A DNA stretch of 64,000 nt, taken from contig OZ253462.1 in NCBI GenBank assembly GCA_965261395.1, positions 352,001 through 416,000 of the forward strand. Reading direction: 5' to 3'. The stretch comes from Candidatus Latescibacterota bacterium. GTDB taxonomy: Bacteria > Latescibacterota > UBA2968 > UBA8231. This document shows, one piece after another, positions 54,248-64,000 of this stretch. How positions within the stretch are numbered: position 1 is the first letter of the stretch; every line of letters starts with the position of its first letter. Below the pieces are notes generated by a model. That model saw nothing but the letters and a program-made list of their open reading frames with translations. It was not told where the DNA came from and searched no databases. A program made the translations under genes and the position numbers.

Positions 54248-55870
54248 CTACTCGTCCTCTCCGTCCTCTATCGCCTCGATATCAAAAGCCGCCGCGATCA
54301 ACGCTCTTGTATAAGCCTCTTTTGGCGCGGCGAAAACCTCCTGCGTCGGCCCCTGTTCGACTACCAACCCTTCCTTCATCACGATTAGCTCGCTAGCCAA
54401 GGCGCGGACGACCTTGAGGTCGTGGCTGATGAACAAATAGGCCAGACCGTGGTCCGCCTGGAGTTGGAGCAGGAGTTCGACTATTTGGGCCTGCACCGTT
54501 TTGTCTAAGGCGCTGGTCGGTTCGTCGAGGATCACCAAGCGCGGCTTGAGGGCCATGGCGCGGGCGATGGCGATGCGCTGGCGTTGGCCGCCGGAGAACT
54601 CGTGCGGGTAGCGGTCCATGGTCAACGGGTCCAGATCGACTTCAGCCATGGTCTCGGCGACTAGCTGCCGGCGCTGGTGGTAGTCGCCGCCGATTGCGTG
54701 AATCAGCAGGCCCTCCTCAATGATCTGAAAAGCCGAGAGGCGCGGGCTCAGCGAGGCGAAGGGATCCTGGAAGACGATCTGCATCTGCCGCCGTAGCGGG
54801 CGGATCTGCTTTTGCTGCCAGCCCTGGATATCGCGGCCGTCAAATTCGATCGGCCCCGCGCTGGCGACTAGCCGCAAGAGCGCCTGACCGAGGGTGGTCT
54901 TGCCCGAGCCGGATTCGCCGACGATGCCGACGGTCTGCCCCGCGCGGATGGTGAGCGAAATTCCGTCGACTGCTTTTACATGGCCCACAGTGCGGCGCAG
55001 CAGACCGCGCTTGATGGGAAAGTGGACCTTGAGACTGTGGGTGCGGATAACTTCGGGCGCGGTCTCGTCCATCGGGGCCGGTTCGCCCTCGGGCTCGGCG
55101 GCTAGGAGCGTGCGGGTATAGGGGTGTTGCGGAGCGGTGAAGAGAGCCTCGGCGGTATTGTGTTCGACGATCTCGCCGTTGGTCATCACATAGACGCGAT
55201 CGGCCATGTGGCGGACGATGCCCAGATCGTGGGTGATTAGCAGAATCGCCATGCCTAACCGGGCCTGCAAGTCCTTGAGCAGGGCGAGGATCTGCGCCTG
55301 GATCGTCACATCGAGCGCGGTGGTCGGCTCGTCGGCGATGAGCAGGTCGGGTTCGTTGGCCAAGGCCATGGCGATCATCACCCGCTGGCGCTGACCGCCC
55401 GAGAGCTGGTGCGGCCAAGCGTCTAGGCGCTCCTCGACATTGGGGAGGCCAACCAGCCCTAAAAGCTCTATCGCGCGGGCGCGAGCTTCCGCGCGGCTCA
55501 GGCCCCGATGCAAGATGAGCGTTTCGCACAGTTGCTTTTCGATGGAGTGCAGTGGGTTGAGCGAGGTCATCGGCTCCTGGAAGACCATTGCGACGCGATT
55601 TCCGCGCAGCTCCTGCAACCGCGCCGCCGCCGCGCCCAACAGCTCCTCGCCGTCGAGGCGGACGCTGCCGTGGGGGTGGCTGGCGCGCGGGTAGGGCAAC
55701 AGTTGCAGCACCGAGAGCGCGGTCACCGACTTGCCCGAGCCGGATTCGCCGACCAGCGCCACGGTCTCGCCGCGTTCGATCTTAAGCGAGGCGCTGCGCA
55801 CCGCTTCGATATCGCCTTCGTCCCCAAGGTGAAAACGCACGCCCAGATCTTCGATCGCCAACAAACTCAT
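54248..55870 (-). CDS. yejF: Peptide ABC transporter ATP-binding protein with duplicated ATPase domains
   Basis: Two GESGSGK(S/T) Walker A motifs, [16 protein letters not shown] and DEPT. The true start MSLLAIEDL overlaps the yejE stop. Confidence 0.92.
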   Translation of the reverse strand: MSLLAIEDLGVRFHLGDEGDIEAVRSASLKIERGETVALVGESGSGKSVTALSVLQLLPYPRASHPHGSVRLDGEELLGAAAARLQELRGNRVAMVFQEPMTSLNPLHSIEKQLCETLILHRGLSRAEARARAIELLGLVGLPNVEERLDAWPHQLSGGQRQRVMIAMALANEPDLLIADEPTTALDVTIQAQILALLKDLQARLGMAILLITHDLGIVRHMADRVYVMTNGEIVEHNTAEALFTAPQHPYTRTLLAAEPEGEPAPMDETAPEVIRTHSLKVHFPIKRGLLRRTVGHVKAVDGISLTIRAGQTVGIVGESGSGKTTLGQALLRLVASAGPIEFDGRDIQGWQQKQIRPLRRQMQIVFQDPFASLSPRLSAFQIIEEGLLIHAIGGDYHQRRQLVAETMAEVDLDPLTMDRYPHEFSGGQRQRIAIARAMALKPRLVILDEPTSALDKTVQAQIVELLLQLQADHGLAYLFISHDLKVVRALASELIVMKEGLVVEQGPTQEVFAAPKEAYTRALIAAAFDIEAIEDGEDE

Positions 55871-56955
55871 GCGCCTTCCTCCCCAGCGTAGGTCTTGCGC
55901 GGATCGAACGCGTCGCGCACCGCCTCGCCGATAAAGACCAACAGCGACAGCATCACCGCCAGCGCGAAAAAGGCCGTAAAACCCAGCCACGGGGCTTGGA
56001 GATTGCGCTTGCCTTGGTTGAGCAGTTCGCCCAGCGACGGCGAGCCGGGCGGAAGGCCAAAGCCGAGGAAGTCGAGCGAGGTCAGCACTGCTACCGAGCC
56101 GGTGAGCACAAAGGGCAAAAAGGTCAGAGTAGAGACCATGGCGTTGGGCAGCACGTGCCGCCACATGATGCGGCGATCGCTCTGGCCGAGGGCGCGGGCG
56201 GCTTTGACGAAGTCGAAGTTGCGCGCCCGCAAGAATTCGGCGCGCACGACCCCGACCAAGCCCATCCAGCGAAACAGCAGTAACAAGCCGAGCAACCACC
56301 AGAAATTCGGCGCGACGACGCTGGCGAGGATGATCAGCAGGTAGAGCAGCGGCAAGCCCTGCCAGATCTCGATAAAGCGCTGGAAGAGCAGGTCAATCCA
56401 GCCGCCGAAATACCCTTGGACCGCGCCGGCGGCAATGCCGACCGCGGCGCTGAACAGCGTCAGCAGCAGGCCGAAGAGCACGGAGATGCGATAGCCGTAG
56501 AGGACTCGCGCCACCACGTCGCGCGCTTGGTCGTCCGTGCCGAGCCAGTTTTCGGTGTCGGGCGGGGAAGGAGCCGGATGCTTGAGGTCGTAGTTGACGG
56601 TGTCGTAGCTATAGGACACCGGCGGCCACAAGATCCAGCCCTTTTCTTCGATTAGCTCCTCGACGAAGGGGTCGCGGTATTCGGCCTCGGTCGCGAAATC
56701 GCCGCCAAAGGTCGTTTCAGGGTGCGTCACAAAGACCGGGAAGTAATAGCTGCCGTCGAAGTGGACGAGCAGCGGGCGGTCGTTGGCGATGAACTCAGCC
56801 GGCAGGCTCAGGACGAAGAGGCACCAAAAGATCCAGAAACTCCAAAAGCCACGGCGGTTGCGGCGAAAATTGGCCAGCCGGCGTTGATTGAGCCGCGACA
56901 ACTGCATGCCCATAAAGCGCGGCGGAGCGGGCGGCGGAGCGGATACGGCACTCAT
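55867..56955 (-). CDS. yejE: Peptide ABC transporter permease
   Basis: [38 protein letters not shown] and [11 protein letters not shown] motifs. Confidence 0.92.
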   Translation of the reverse strand: MSAVSAPPPAPPRFMGMQLSRLNQRRLANFRRNRRGFWSFWIFWCLFVLSLPAEFIANDRPLLVHFDGSYYFPVFVTHPETTFGGDFATEAEYRDPFVEELIEEKGWILWPPVSYSYDTVNYDLKHPAPSPPDTENWLGTDDQARDVVARVLYGYRISVLFGLLLTLFSAAVGIAAGAVQGYFGGWIDLLFQRFIEIWQGLPLLYLLIILASVVAPNFWWLLGLLLLFRWMGLVGVVRAEFLRARNFDFVKAARALGQSDRRIMWRHVLPNAMVSTLTFLPFVLTGSVAVLTSLDFLGFGLPPGSPSLGELLNQGKRNLQAPWLGFTAFFALAVMLSLLVFIGEAVRDAFDPRKTYAGEEGA

Positions 56956-58055
56956 GACTCGCGGCTTTCAAAGTCGATGCGGCGGTCAACCAGCGTGTAG
57001 GTCAGATCGCCTAACAACTGCATCAGCATGCCTAGCAACGTGAAGAAGTACAGCGTGGCGAACATCACCGGGTAATCGCGGCCAATAGCCGCCTCGTAGC
57101 CCAACAAGCCCAACCCGTCCAACGAGAAGATGATTTCCGTCAGCAGCGCACCAGTGAAGAAGATATCGACGAAAGCGCTGGGAAAGCCGGCGATGACGAT
57201 CAGCATGGCGTTGCGAAAGACGTGGCCGTAGAGCACCCGGTTTTCGCTCAGGCCCTTGGCGCGAGCGGTGGTGACGTAGAGCTTGTTGATCTCGTCTAGG
57301 AAGGAATTTTTGGTCAGCAAAGTCAGCCCGGCGAAGCCGCCGATGACCATCGCCGTGACCGGCAGCGCTAGGTGCCAAAAGTAGTCGGCTATCTTAGCGA
57401 AGAGGGTCAGTTCATCCCAGTTAGACGAGGTCAAACCGCGCAGCGGAAACCAGTCGAGATAATGCCCACCGGCAAAGACCACGATCAGCAGAATGGCAAA
57501 GAGGAAGCTGGGGATGGCGTAGCCGACGATGACCAGCCCCGAGGTCCAGATATCGAACCGCGAGCCATCGCGTACGGCTTTGGCGATCCCCAGGGGAATG
57601 GAAATGAAATAGACCAGCAGCGTGGTCCACAGCCCCAGCGAAATCGACACCGGCATCTTCTCCTTGACCAAGTCAACGACCCGCTGGTCGCGGTAAAAGC
57701 TCTCGCCGAAGTCGAAGCGCACGTACTGGCCGATCATCTGCAAGAAGCGCTCGTGTACCGGCTTGTCGAAGCCGTACATGCGTTCGAGCTCGGCGATCAA
57801 CTCGGGATCGAGTCCTTGGGCACCGCGATATTTGCTGCTGATCTCGCTGCCTTGACCCGCGTCGGTGTCGAGGGTCTCGCCCATGCCCGAGCCGCTGACC
57901 CGCTCGGTGGCGTCGGTGCCAAAGCCCTGAATCACCGCGATAGTGCGCTCGACTGGGCCGCCCGGTGCCGCTTGGATGATGAGGAAGTTGATGGTCATAA
58001 TGCCGAACAGGGTCGGCACCATCAACAGCAGGCGGCGGAGGATATAAGCGCCCAT
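56952..58055 (-). CDS. yejB: Peptide (microcin C-type) ABC transporter permease
   Basis: [40 protein letters not shown] and TARAKGL motifs. Confidence 0.93.
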   Translation of the reverse strand: MGAYILRRLLLMVPTLFGIMTINFLIIQAAPGGPVERTIAVIQGFGTDATERVSGSGMGETLDTDAGQGSEISSKYRGAQGLDPELIAELERMYGFDKPVHERFLQMIGQYVRFDFGESFYRDQRVVDLVKEKMPVSISLGLWTTLLVYFISIPLGIAKAVRDGSRFDIWTSGLVIVGYAIPSFLFAILLIVVFAGGHYLDWFPLRGLTSSNWDELTLFAKIADYFWHLALPVTAMVIGGFAGLTLLTKNSFLDEINKLYVTTARAKGLSENRVLYGHVFRNAMLIVIAGFPSAFVDIFFTGALLTEIIFSLDGLGLLGYEAAIGRDYPVMFATLYFFTLLGMLMQLLGDLTYTLVDRRIDFESRES

Positions 58056-58064
58056 AAAAGCGGG

Positions 58065-59891
58065 CTAACGGGCCTGTTCCAACTGCGCCGCCTTCTCTTC
58101 GTCGTACCACCAAGTGTAGGGCATGACAAAGTAATCTGCGGTGTGGGGGGCGGAGAAGGCGGGTTTGCCGAACTTGTCCCAATGGACCACGCGGAAGTGG
58201 TCGCTGTACCAGTGCGGGATAGTGTAGTGTCCCCACAACAATATCCGGTCCAATGCCCGAGTCGTCGCCACCAGTTCGGCGCGGCTAGGGGCCTGAATCA
58301 ATCGTTCGACTAGCGCATCGACGACCGGATCTTTGATGCCAGCGACGTTGCCGCTGCCCGGCTGGTCCGCAGTGGTGCTGGTCCAGTGGTTGCGTTGCTC
58401 ATTGCCGGGACTATGGCTCTGGCCTCGGACTAGGACGATGATGTCGTAGTCAAATGTCTGGAGCCTGTTTTGATACTGAGTCTGATCGACAATGCGGATC
58501 GTCGCTTTGACGCCGAGGCGTTCGAGGTTGGGCAGCATCGGCGCGACAATGCGTTCCCACGACGAGCTGGAGAGCAAAAATTCGATTTCCAGGACCTCGC
58601 CGGTCTCGGCGTGGGTCAAGACATCATCGACAACTACCCAGCCCGCCGCTTGCAATAGCTTTTGGGCGGTGCGCAAGTTTTGGCGGATCTGGACCGAGCC
58701 GTCGGTGGTGGGTAGCTGAAACTCAGTAGTGAAGAGTTCGTCGGGGATGCGACTTCGGTATTCCTCTAGCATTTCTAGCTCCCGGCCCGAGGGCAGCCCC
58801 GTAGAGGCCAACTCCGAATTGGCGAAGTAGCTCTTACTGCGGGTATAGAGACCGTAGAACAAATTCTTGTTGGTCCACTCAAAGTCAAAGGCGTAGCCGA
58901 GGGCTTGCCGCACTCGGGGATCTGCAAATTTAGCGCGGCGCGTGTTGAACCAAAAAGCCTGCATACCAGCGCCGCGCCGATGGGGCAGTGGATCCTTGAC
59001 CAGCTTGCCAGTGGCTACGGCTTCTCCCTCGTAGGCTGTTGACCAGTCCTTGGACGAGCTTTCGCGGCGGTAGTCGAATTCACCGGCCTTGAGCGCTTCG
59101 ATGGCCACGGTCTGGTCGCGGTAGTAGTCGAAGTGGATGCGGTCGAAGTTGAAGCGGCCCTTGTTGACGGGCAGGTCGCGGCCCCAGTAGTCCTCGACGC
59201 GCTCGTAAGTTATGGAGCGCCCGGCCTCGACCGCGGCGATTCGGTAGGGGCCGCTGCCCAGCGGTGGGTCGAGCGTGGTTTCCTCAAAGTTGCGGCCCTC
59301 CCAGTAGTGTTTGGGCAGGATGGACATCTGGCCGGCGATTAGCGGCAACTCTTTGTTGGTCTCTCCACTGAAGATAAACCGGACCTGGCGCATTCCGACT
59401 TTTTCGGCTGTCTCGATGGCCGCAAAATAGCTGCGCCATCTAGGATGCCCCTTGGTCTTATAGGTCTCTAGCGAGAAGATCACGTCCTCGGGGGTTACGG
59501 ACCTGCCGTCGTGCCAACGCGCCTCCGGCCTCAAGGTGTAGAGCACCCAAGAATTGTCGGGAGGAACTTCGATGCGCTCGGCGAGGCGACCGTATTCGGA
59601 GAAAATTTCGTCCTCAGCGTGCTCGGTGAGGGTGTCGTAGATCAAGCTACCCAGGCGCGGCGGCTCAAGGCCCTTGAGGATATGGGGGTTGAGATTGTCA
59701 AAGGTTCCAACCCAACCCAGGCGCAGCGTACCGCCCTTCGGAGCATCGGGGTTGGCATATTCAAAATGGGCAAAGTCGGGACCGTATTTGAACTCGCCGT
59801 AGAGAGAGATGCCGTGGCCGACATAGTTGTCGGCATGGACGGGAAGCGCCGTCAGGATGGCGACTAGAAGGAGTGCGATGCTCCTTGACAT
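58065..59891 (-). CDS. yejA: Peptide ABC transporter substrate-binding protein (family 5), copy 1
   Basis: KYGPDFAHFEYANPDAPKGG, GTFDNLNP, PPLGSGPY, FDFEWTNK and SPGNEQR motifs. Confidence 0.9.
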   Translation of the reverse strand: MSRSIALLLVAILTALPVHADNYVGHGISLYGEFKYGPDFAHFEYANPDAPKGGTLRLGWVGTFDNLNPHILKGLEPPRLGSLIYDTLTEHAEDEIFSEYGRLAERIEVPPDNSWVLYTLRPEARWHDGRSVTPEDVIFSLETYKTKGHPRWRSYFAAIETAEKVGMRQVRFIFSGETNKELPLIAGQMSILPKHYWEGRNFEETTLDPPLGSGPYRIAAVEAGRSITYERVEDYWGRDLPVNKGRFNFDRIHFDYYRDQTVAIEALKAGEFDYRRESSSKDWSTAYEGEAVATGKLVKDPLPHRRGAGMQAFWFNTRRAKFADPRVRQALGYAFDFEWTNKNLFYGLYTRSKSYFANSELASTGLPSGRELEMLEEYRSRIPDELFTTEFQLPTTDGSVQIRQNLRTAQKLLQAAGWVVVDDVLTHAETGEVLEIEFLLSSSSWERIVAPMLPNLERLGVKATIRIVDQTQYQNRLQTFDYDIIVLVRGQSHSPGNEQRNHWTSTTADQPGSGNVAGIKDPVVDALVERLIQAPSRAELVATTRALDRILLWGHYTIPHWYSDHFRVVHWDKFGKPAFSAPHTADYFVMPYTWWYDEEKAAQLEQAR

Positions 59892-59971
59892 GGGCTAGCT
59901 TTCCTTTGGGGAGTTGGGAGCTGTCAGAATGGCGATTAAAGCAAGTGCTATGTACGACTTCTGTTGGACGT

Positions 59972-61792
59972 TCATTCGGCTTCTAAACGCGCCGCTTTTT
60001 CCGCGTCCCACCACCAAGTGTCGGGAAAGCCCAGCCCATTGGGGGCCGGCTTTGGCATCCGTCCGAATTTGTTCCAGTACGCCAAGCGATAGGAGCGGCT
60101 GTGCGAGTCGGGGATTACGTAGTGGCTCCAGAGCAAGATGCGGTCGAGGGCGCGGGTTATCGCGACCTGCGTTGGACGATCGGGGGCGGCGATCTGGCGC
60201 TCGATCAGCCCGTCGATAACCAGGTCGGCGATGCCGACGTAATTGCGGCTGCCCGCAGATTGCGCCGCGGTACTCGACCAGAAGTTGCGCTGCTCATTGC
60301 CCGGGCTCAAGGTCTGACGCCACGAGGCGACGATAATGTCGAAGTCGAAGTCCTGGACGCGGTTTTGGTACTGGGCCGCGTCAACGGTGCGGATGGTCGC
60401 CTCAATGCCGAGGCGTTCGAGGTTTTGCACGAGGGGGCTGAGGACGCGCTCGTACGACGAGGACCCGAGCAAGAATTCAAAGCGCATTACCTCGCCAGTC
60501 TCAGCGCGAGTCAGCGCCCCATCGACGACGGTCCAGCCAGCTTCGGCGAGCAGGTTTTTAGCCGTGCGCAAGTTTTGCCGAAGCTGTCCCGAGCCGTTGG
60601 TAGCCGGCGGCACATAGGCAGTGGTAAACACCTCGTCGGGGATCCGCCCCCGGTATGCTTCCAGGATTTCCAACTCTCTGCCCGAGGGTAGCCCCGACGA
60701 CCCAAGGTCTGAGTTGCCCCAATAGCTGCGGCTACGGGTGAGGAGACCGTAGAACAAATTCTTGTTGGTCCATTCAAAGTCGTAGGCGTAGGCAAGGGCC
60801 TGCCGCACCTTGGGGTCTTTGAACTTGCCGCGCCGAGTGTTGAAGGCAAAGGCCGACATGCCGCGGATGAGCTGGTGCGGGATCTGCACCTTGATCATCC
60901 GTTCCTCGGCGATCGGCGCAAAGTCCTCGTAGTTAGTGGCCCATTCCTTGGAATTGCTCAACAGGCGATAGTCGTACCCCCCCGTCTTGAAGGCTTCGAT
61001 GGCCACGGTCTGGTCGCGGTAGTACTCGTAGCGGATGCGGTCGAAGTTGTGGCGGCCCTTGTGCACGGGCAGGTCGCGGCCCCAGTAGTCTGCGACGCGC
61101 TCGTAGGTAATTGAGCGGCCCGGCTCGAACTCGACGATCTTGTACGGCCCGCTACCCAAAGGCGGCTCGAGCGTGGTGGCGGCGAATTCGCGCCCTTGCC
61201 AATAGTGCTTGGGCAATACGCGCAACTGGCCAATGATCAGCGGCATTTCGCGGTTGGTGCCCTCTTTGAACTCGAACTTCACTTGGCGCTCGTCGAGGGC
61301 GAAGACGGTGTCAACGTCGGCGTAGAAGGTGCGAAAGAACGGGATGCCCTTGGTGGTGAGGATCTCAAAGCTGAAGATCACGTCGGCCGCGGTCACAGGG
61401 ACGCCATCGTGCCAGCGCGCTTCAGGGTGCAGCTCAAAGACGACCCAAGAGCGGTCCTCCGACATCTGCATCTGCGCGGCAAGCTGGCCGTATTCGGTGA
61501 ACGGCTCGTCCTTGGACTTGGTGCAGAGCCGGTTGTAGAGCATCAGCGAACCGGCCGCGGCGACGCCCTTGAGGGTGAAGGGATTGAGATTGTCGTAGGT
61601 GCCGATGGCGGCGAGGCGGATTTCGCCGCCTTTGGGGGCGCTGGGATTGACGTAGTCGAAGTGGGTGAAATCAGGTCCGTACTTGGGATCGCCGTAGAGC
61701 GTGAGGGCGTGGGCGCGGAGAATCGTGTCGTCGGCGGCATGGGCCACTGAGGCGAGGATAAAGCATAGAACTAGTGAGCGCATGGTCTGCAT
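59972..61792 (-). CDS. yejA: Peptide ABC transporter substrate-binding protein (family 5), copy 2
   Basis: Same motifs (KYGPDFTHFDYVNPSAPKGG, PPLGSGPY, SPGNEQR); tandem paralog. Confidence 0.9.
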   Translation of the reverse strand: MQTMRSLVLCFILASVAHAADDTILRAHALTLYGDPKYGPDFTHFDYVNPSAPKGGEIRLAAIGTYDNLNPFTLKGVAAAGSLMLYNRLCTKSKDEPFTEYGQLAAQMQMSEDRSWVVFELHPEARWHDGVPVTAADVIFSFEILTTKGIPFFRTFYADVDTVFALDERQVKFEFKEGTNREMPLIIGQLRVLPKHYWQGREFAATTLEPPLGSGPYKIVEFEPGRSITYERVADYWGRDLPVHKGRHNFDRIRYEYYRDQTVAIEAFKTGGYDYRLLSNSKEWATNYEDFAPIAEERMIKVQIPHQLIRGMSAFAFNTRRGKFKDPKVRQALAYAYDFEWTNKNLFYGLLTRSRSYWGNSDLGSSGLPSGRELEILEAYRGRIPDEVFTTAYVPPATNGSGQLRQNLRTAKNLLAEAGWTVVDGALTRAETGEVMRFEFLLGSSSYERVLSPLVQNLERLGIEATIRTVDAAQYQNRVQDFDFDIIVASWRQTLSPGNEQRNFWSSTAAQSAGSRNYVGIADLVIDGLIERQIAAPDRPTQVAITRALDRILLWSHYVIPDSHSRSYRLAYWNKFGRMPKPAPNGLGFPDTWWWDAEKAARLEAE

Positions 61793-61954
61793 CAGAATCG
61801 TCGTTTAGTGTGAGGGCGATAAAACGGAAAATTAGCGAGTGCATGGACTATAAAATTAACCTGAAAAGGCATTTACGGCCACCGACGCGGTTGGCCACAG
61901 CGCGGCTCTTTTCTATCTTGCCGACTTATAATCGCTACCCGAGGAGGACTGCCG

Positions 61955-62752
61955 ATGCTGACGCCCAAACAAAAAGAGCACTTTGACGTCTTTGGCTTTC
62001 TCTGCCTGCGCCAAGCGTTTTCCCCAGCCGAGATGGCCGAGATTACCCAGGCCGCCGACCAAGTGTGGCGCGAAGATCGGGGCGGCCTACCCGACGACGG
62101 CCAGCACCAGGGCCTTGCGCCTTTTGCCGAGCGCAACCCCCGGCTTTTGGACCTAGCCGAGGACGACCGCGTTTTCGAGGTAGTCGCCGACCTCTTAGGA
62201 GACGATTTCTTGTGGTCGGGATCGGAGGGCAACAAGGAGGGGCATACCGAGAAGGGGGAGCACAACTGGCACGCGGATCGGCCAGGGGCCGCAGAGACCG
62301 AGTATCGGCGGCTCAAGGTGATGATTTACCTGACGCCCACCACCAAAGAGCAGGGCGCGCTGCGGGTGATCCCCGGTTCGCACCGCATGCCCTTCCACGA
62401 GTGGTTGTGGCCCTTACAGGCCCACCACTTCAAGGACGGCACGATCGGCGACAGCTTCGGGGCCAAAGGCGAGGACATCCCTTTCTGCGCGCTGGAAATA
62501 ATGCCCGGCGACGTGGTCTTTTTCCACCACAGCCTCTTTCACGCGGCCTACGGCAAGTTCCCCGAGCGGCGCTACGTTGCCTTCAAGTTCGTCACCCGGC
62601 CCGACACCGAGGCCAAGCTGCGGTCCATGCAGCACTACGCAGCCGGGGCCTTCGACGTCGATCCGGCGCTCTTAGCAAGGCCCCGACTGCGCTCCATTGC
62701 AGAGGATTTGATCGCATTGGGGCAGCAGGCGAAGGCTTTAACAGGTCGATAG
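61955..62752 (+). CDS. PhyH family 2OG-Fe(II) dioxygenase
   Basis: MLTPKQKEHFDVFGF, WHAD, GALRVIPGSH and PGDVVFFHHSLFHA motifs; GAGGAGG RBS. Confidence 0.9.
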   Translation: MLTPKQKEHFDVFGFLCLRQAFSPAEMAEITQAADQVWREDRGGLPDDGQHQGLAPFAERNPRLLDLAEDDRVFEVVADLLGDDFLWSGSEGNKEGHTEKGEHNWHADRPGAAETEYRRLKVMIYLTPTTKEQGALRVIPGSHRMPFHEWLWPLQAHHFKDGTIGDSFGAKGEDIPFCALEIMPGDVVFFHHSLFHAAYGKFPERRYVAFKFVTRPDTEAKLRSMQHYAAGAFDVDPALLARPRLRSIAEDLIALGQQAKALTGR

Positions 62753-62766
62753 AGGCATCTTAGGCG

Positions 62767-62795
62767 TTGACAGGGTTCTCCCGTTCCGCTAGCTT
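62767..62795 (+). promoter_or_regulatory. Putative sigma70 promoter upstream of the methyltransferase
   Basis: TTGACA-N17-TAGCTT. Confidence 0.5.
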
Positions 62796-62905
62796 CAAAA
62801 TTTATCCTTTAAGTCTGTCCACTGCCGACGCAACCCAATGTGGCTCAGTCAATTAGGACACTGGGGAAATTGGCCTGCCCAACAAAGTGAAGTGAGAAAA
62901 AGCAC

Positions 62906-63664
62906 ATGGACGCGAGTCAGTCAGAGCTTGACTTTGGCATGAGCGAAGGCAGGACGCCATCTGGCCGGAAAAGCCCAGATGGAAACGCCACGACGAACCT
63001 AGTTTTCTCCGCTCATACCGGAAATAACGCGGATGTGTTCCCGGCTGTTTTAAGGCTGCACATCGAGGAAGGCTCCAAAATCGCCGATGTGACATTTGGC
63101 AAGGGCGTCTTCTGGCGCAACGTCGACACTTCAAAGTACGACTTACATCCCTCAGATATCGCGGACGGCACAGACTGTCGCAATCTCCCGTATGAAAGTG
63201 AGTCATTCGATGCGATCGTCCTCGACCCGCCCTATATGGAAGGGTTCTTTCGCAGTGGAAACGCGATCAAAGCAGGCGCGGGGACACATAATGCCTTTCG
63301 AGATCATTATTCCAACGGACATGAGGAACCAAGGCGCGGCGGCGGGAAGTGGCACGCTGCGGTTGTAGAACTTTATGAGGATAGCGGTCGTGAGGCCCAC
63401 CGAGTGCTGCGAGACCGAGGCGCATTGATCGTGAAGTGTCAAGATGAGGTCAGCGCGAACCGCCAGAACTTGACCCACGTTGAGATCATCAACGCCTACG
63501 CCGAGCTTGGATTCTTCTGCAAAGATCTGTTCGTTGTCGTTCGCTCAAACAAACCTGGAATAAGCCGCGTCCTCAAACAGGTCCACGCGAGAAAGAACCA
63601 CTCCTACTTTCTTGTATTTGTAAAAGTCCCCAAGGGAAAGACCGCGGATCAGATGCGCTTCTGA
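62906..63664 (+). CDS. Amino (N6A/N4C) DNA methyltransferase
   Basis: SAM-binding IADVTFGKG followed by catalytic IVLDPPY; HRVL...G.LIVKCQD and [12 protein letters not shown] motifs. Confidence 0.8.
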   Translation: MDASQSELDFGMSEGRTPSGRKSPDGNATTNLVFSAHTGNNADVFPAVLRLHIEEGSKIADVTFGKGVFWRNVDTSKYDLHPSDIADGTDCRNLPYESESFDAIVLDPPYMEGFFRSGNAIKAGAGTHNAFRDHYSNGHEEPRRGGGKWHAAVVELYEDSGREAHRVLRDRGALIVKCQDEVSANRQNLTHVEIINAYAELGFFCKDLFVVVRSNKPGISRVLKQVHARKNHSYFLVFVKVPKGKTADQMRF

Positions 63665-64000
63665 ATAATCTCATTCATAAGCGTGAAAGGCTCGTCGCTG
63701 AATGGCGGTCTCGGGGGCCAATGGACGGTTACAAGGGTCGCCAAAAGATGCTGGCGCTGATATGGAGTGTACTTCCGATAACTAGACGTCGGAATATCTG
63801 AGTTCTTGGCGAAGACAAACCGCCACTTCTCTTCAAAAGCAAATACGTTGACGGCGAGAATATCGAACTCCCCCTTTAGCAGACACGTTGTCGTCACGCG
63901 GCTATTGTCTGGAAGCACTATCTCCCGGCGATCACTCGCATCGACTTGAGCCTTGCCTATCCATCCTTCTTCGGTCTTCTCGATCATCGCGCTTTGTAGC
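63649..64000 (-). CDS. Putative type II restriction endonuclease, C-terminal part (5' end outside window)
   Basis: Open to the window edge; [13 protein letters not shown] motif; convergent with the MTase with a 16-bp overlap; codon usage differs from flanking genes. Confidence 0.55.
   Translation of the reverse strand, partial: LQSAMIEKTEEGWIGKAQVDASDRREIVLPDNSRVTTTCLLKGEFDILAVNVFAFEEKWRFVFAKNSDIPTSSYRKYTPYQRQHLLATLVTVHWPPRPPFSDEPFTLMNEIIQKRI

Noticed and set aside
55871-56299. N-terminal extension of the ABC ATPase ORF
   Set aside because: It lies out of frame inside yejE; the ATGA-coupled start at 55870 fits.
62753-62905. tRNA or att site at the island boundary
   Set aside because: No cloverleaf, TTC loop or CCA end is recognisable, and no matching repeat was found in the window.

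Overview
GC-rich bacterial chromosomal window. The gene inventory (many PhyH dioxygenases, CRTAC1/ASPIC-UnbV proteins, FlgD-Ig-tailed proteins, a TAVE..TWGxIK-tailed protein, DUF6785-like transporters) suggests an FCB-group Candidatus Latescibacterota-like organism, possibly host-associated; this is inference. The main feature is an uncharacterised cell-envelope system at about 21.5-45.7 kb, with a second module at 49.8-54.2 kb. It comprises two tandem paralogous ~950-aa secreted, probable outer-membrane proteins with Ca-binding-like DxDxD loops; five paralogous secreted proteins (two subtypes) ending in a TPNGDG.ND/FlgD-Ig domain with terminal Tyr; a TWGxIK-tailed protein; a SurA-like PPIase; L-domain repeat proteins; a GT-C-like glycosyltransferase; and CRTAC1/TPR proteins. 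Also present: an AbrB/PIN toxin-antitoxin pair bracketed by a duplicated phyH 3' end, a NylC-like Ntn hydrolase, an M28 peptidase, a yejAABEF peptide ABC transporter, and a probable restriction-modification pair at the right edge. Four genes are broken by internal deletions and one by a homopolymer frameshift. No rRNA, tRNA, CRISPR array, integrase or transposase was recognised. All family calls come from reading motifs, not from database searches.
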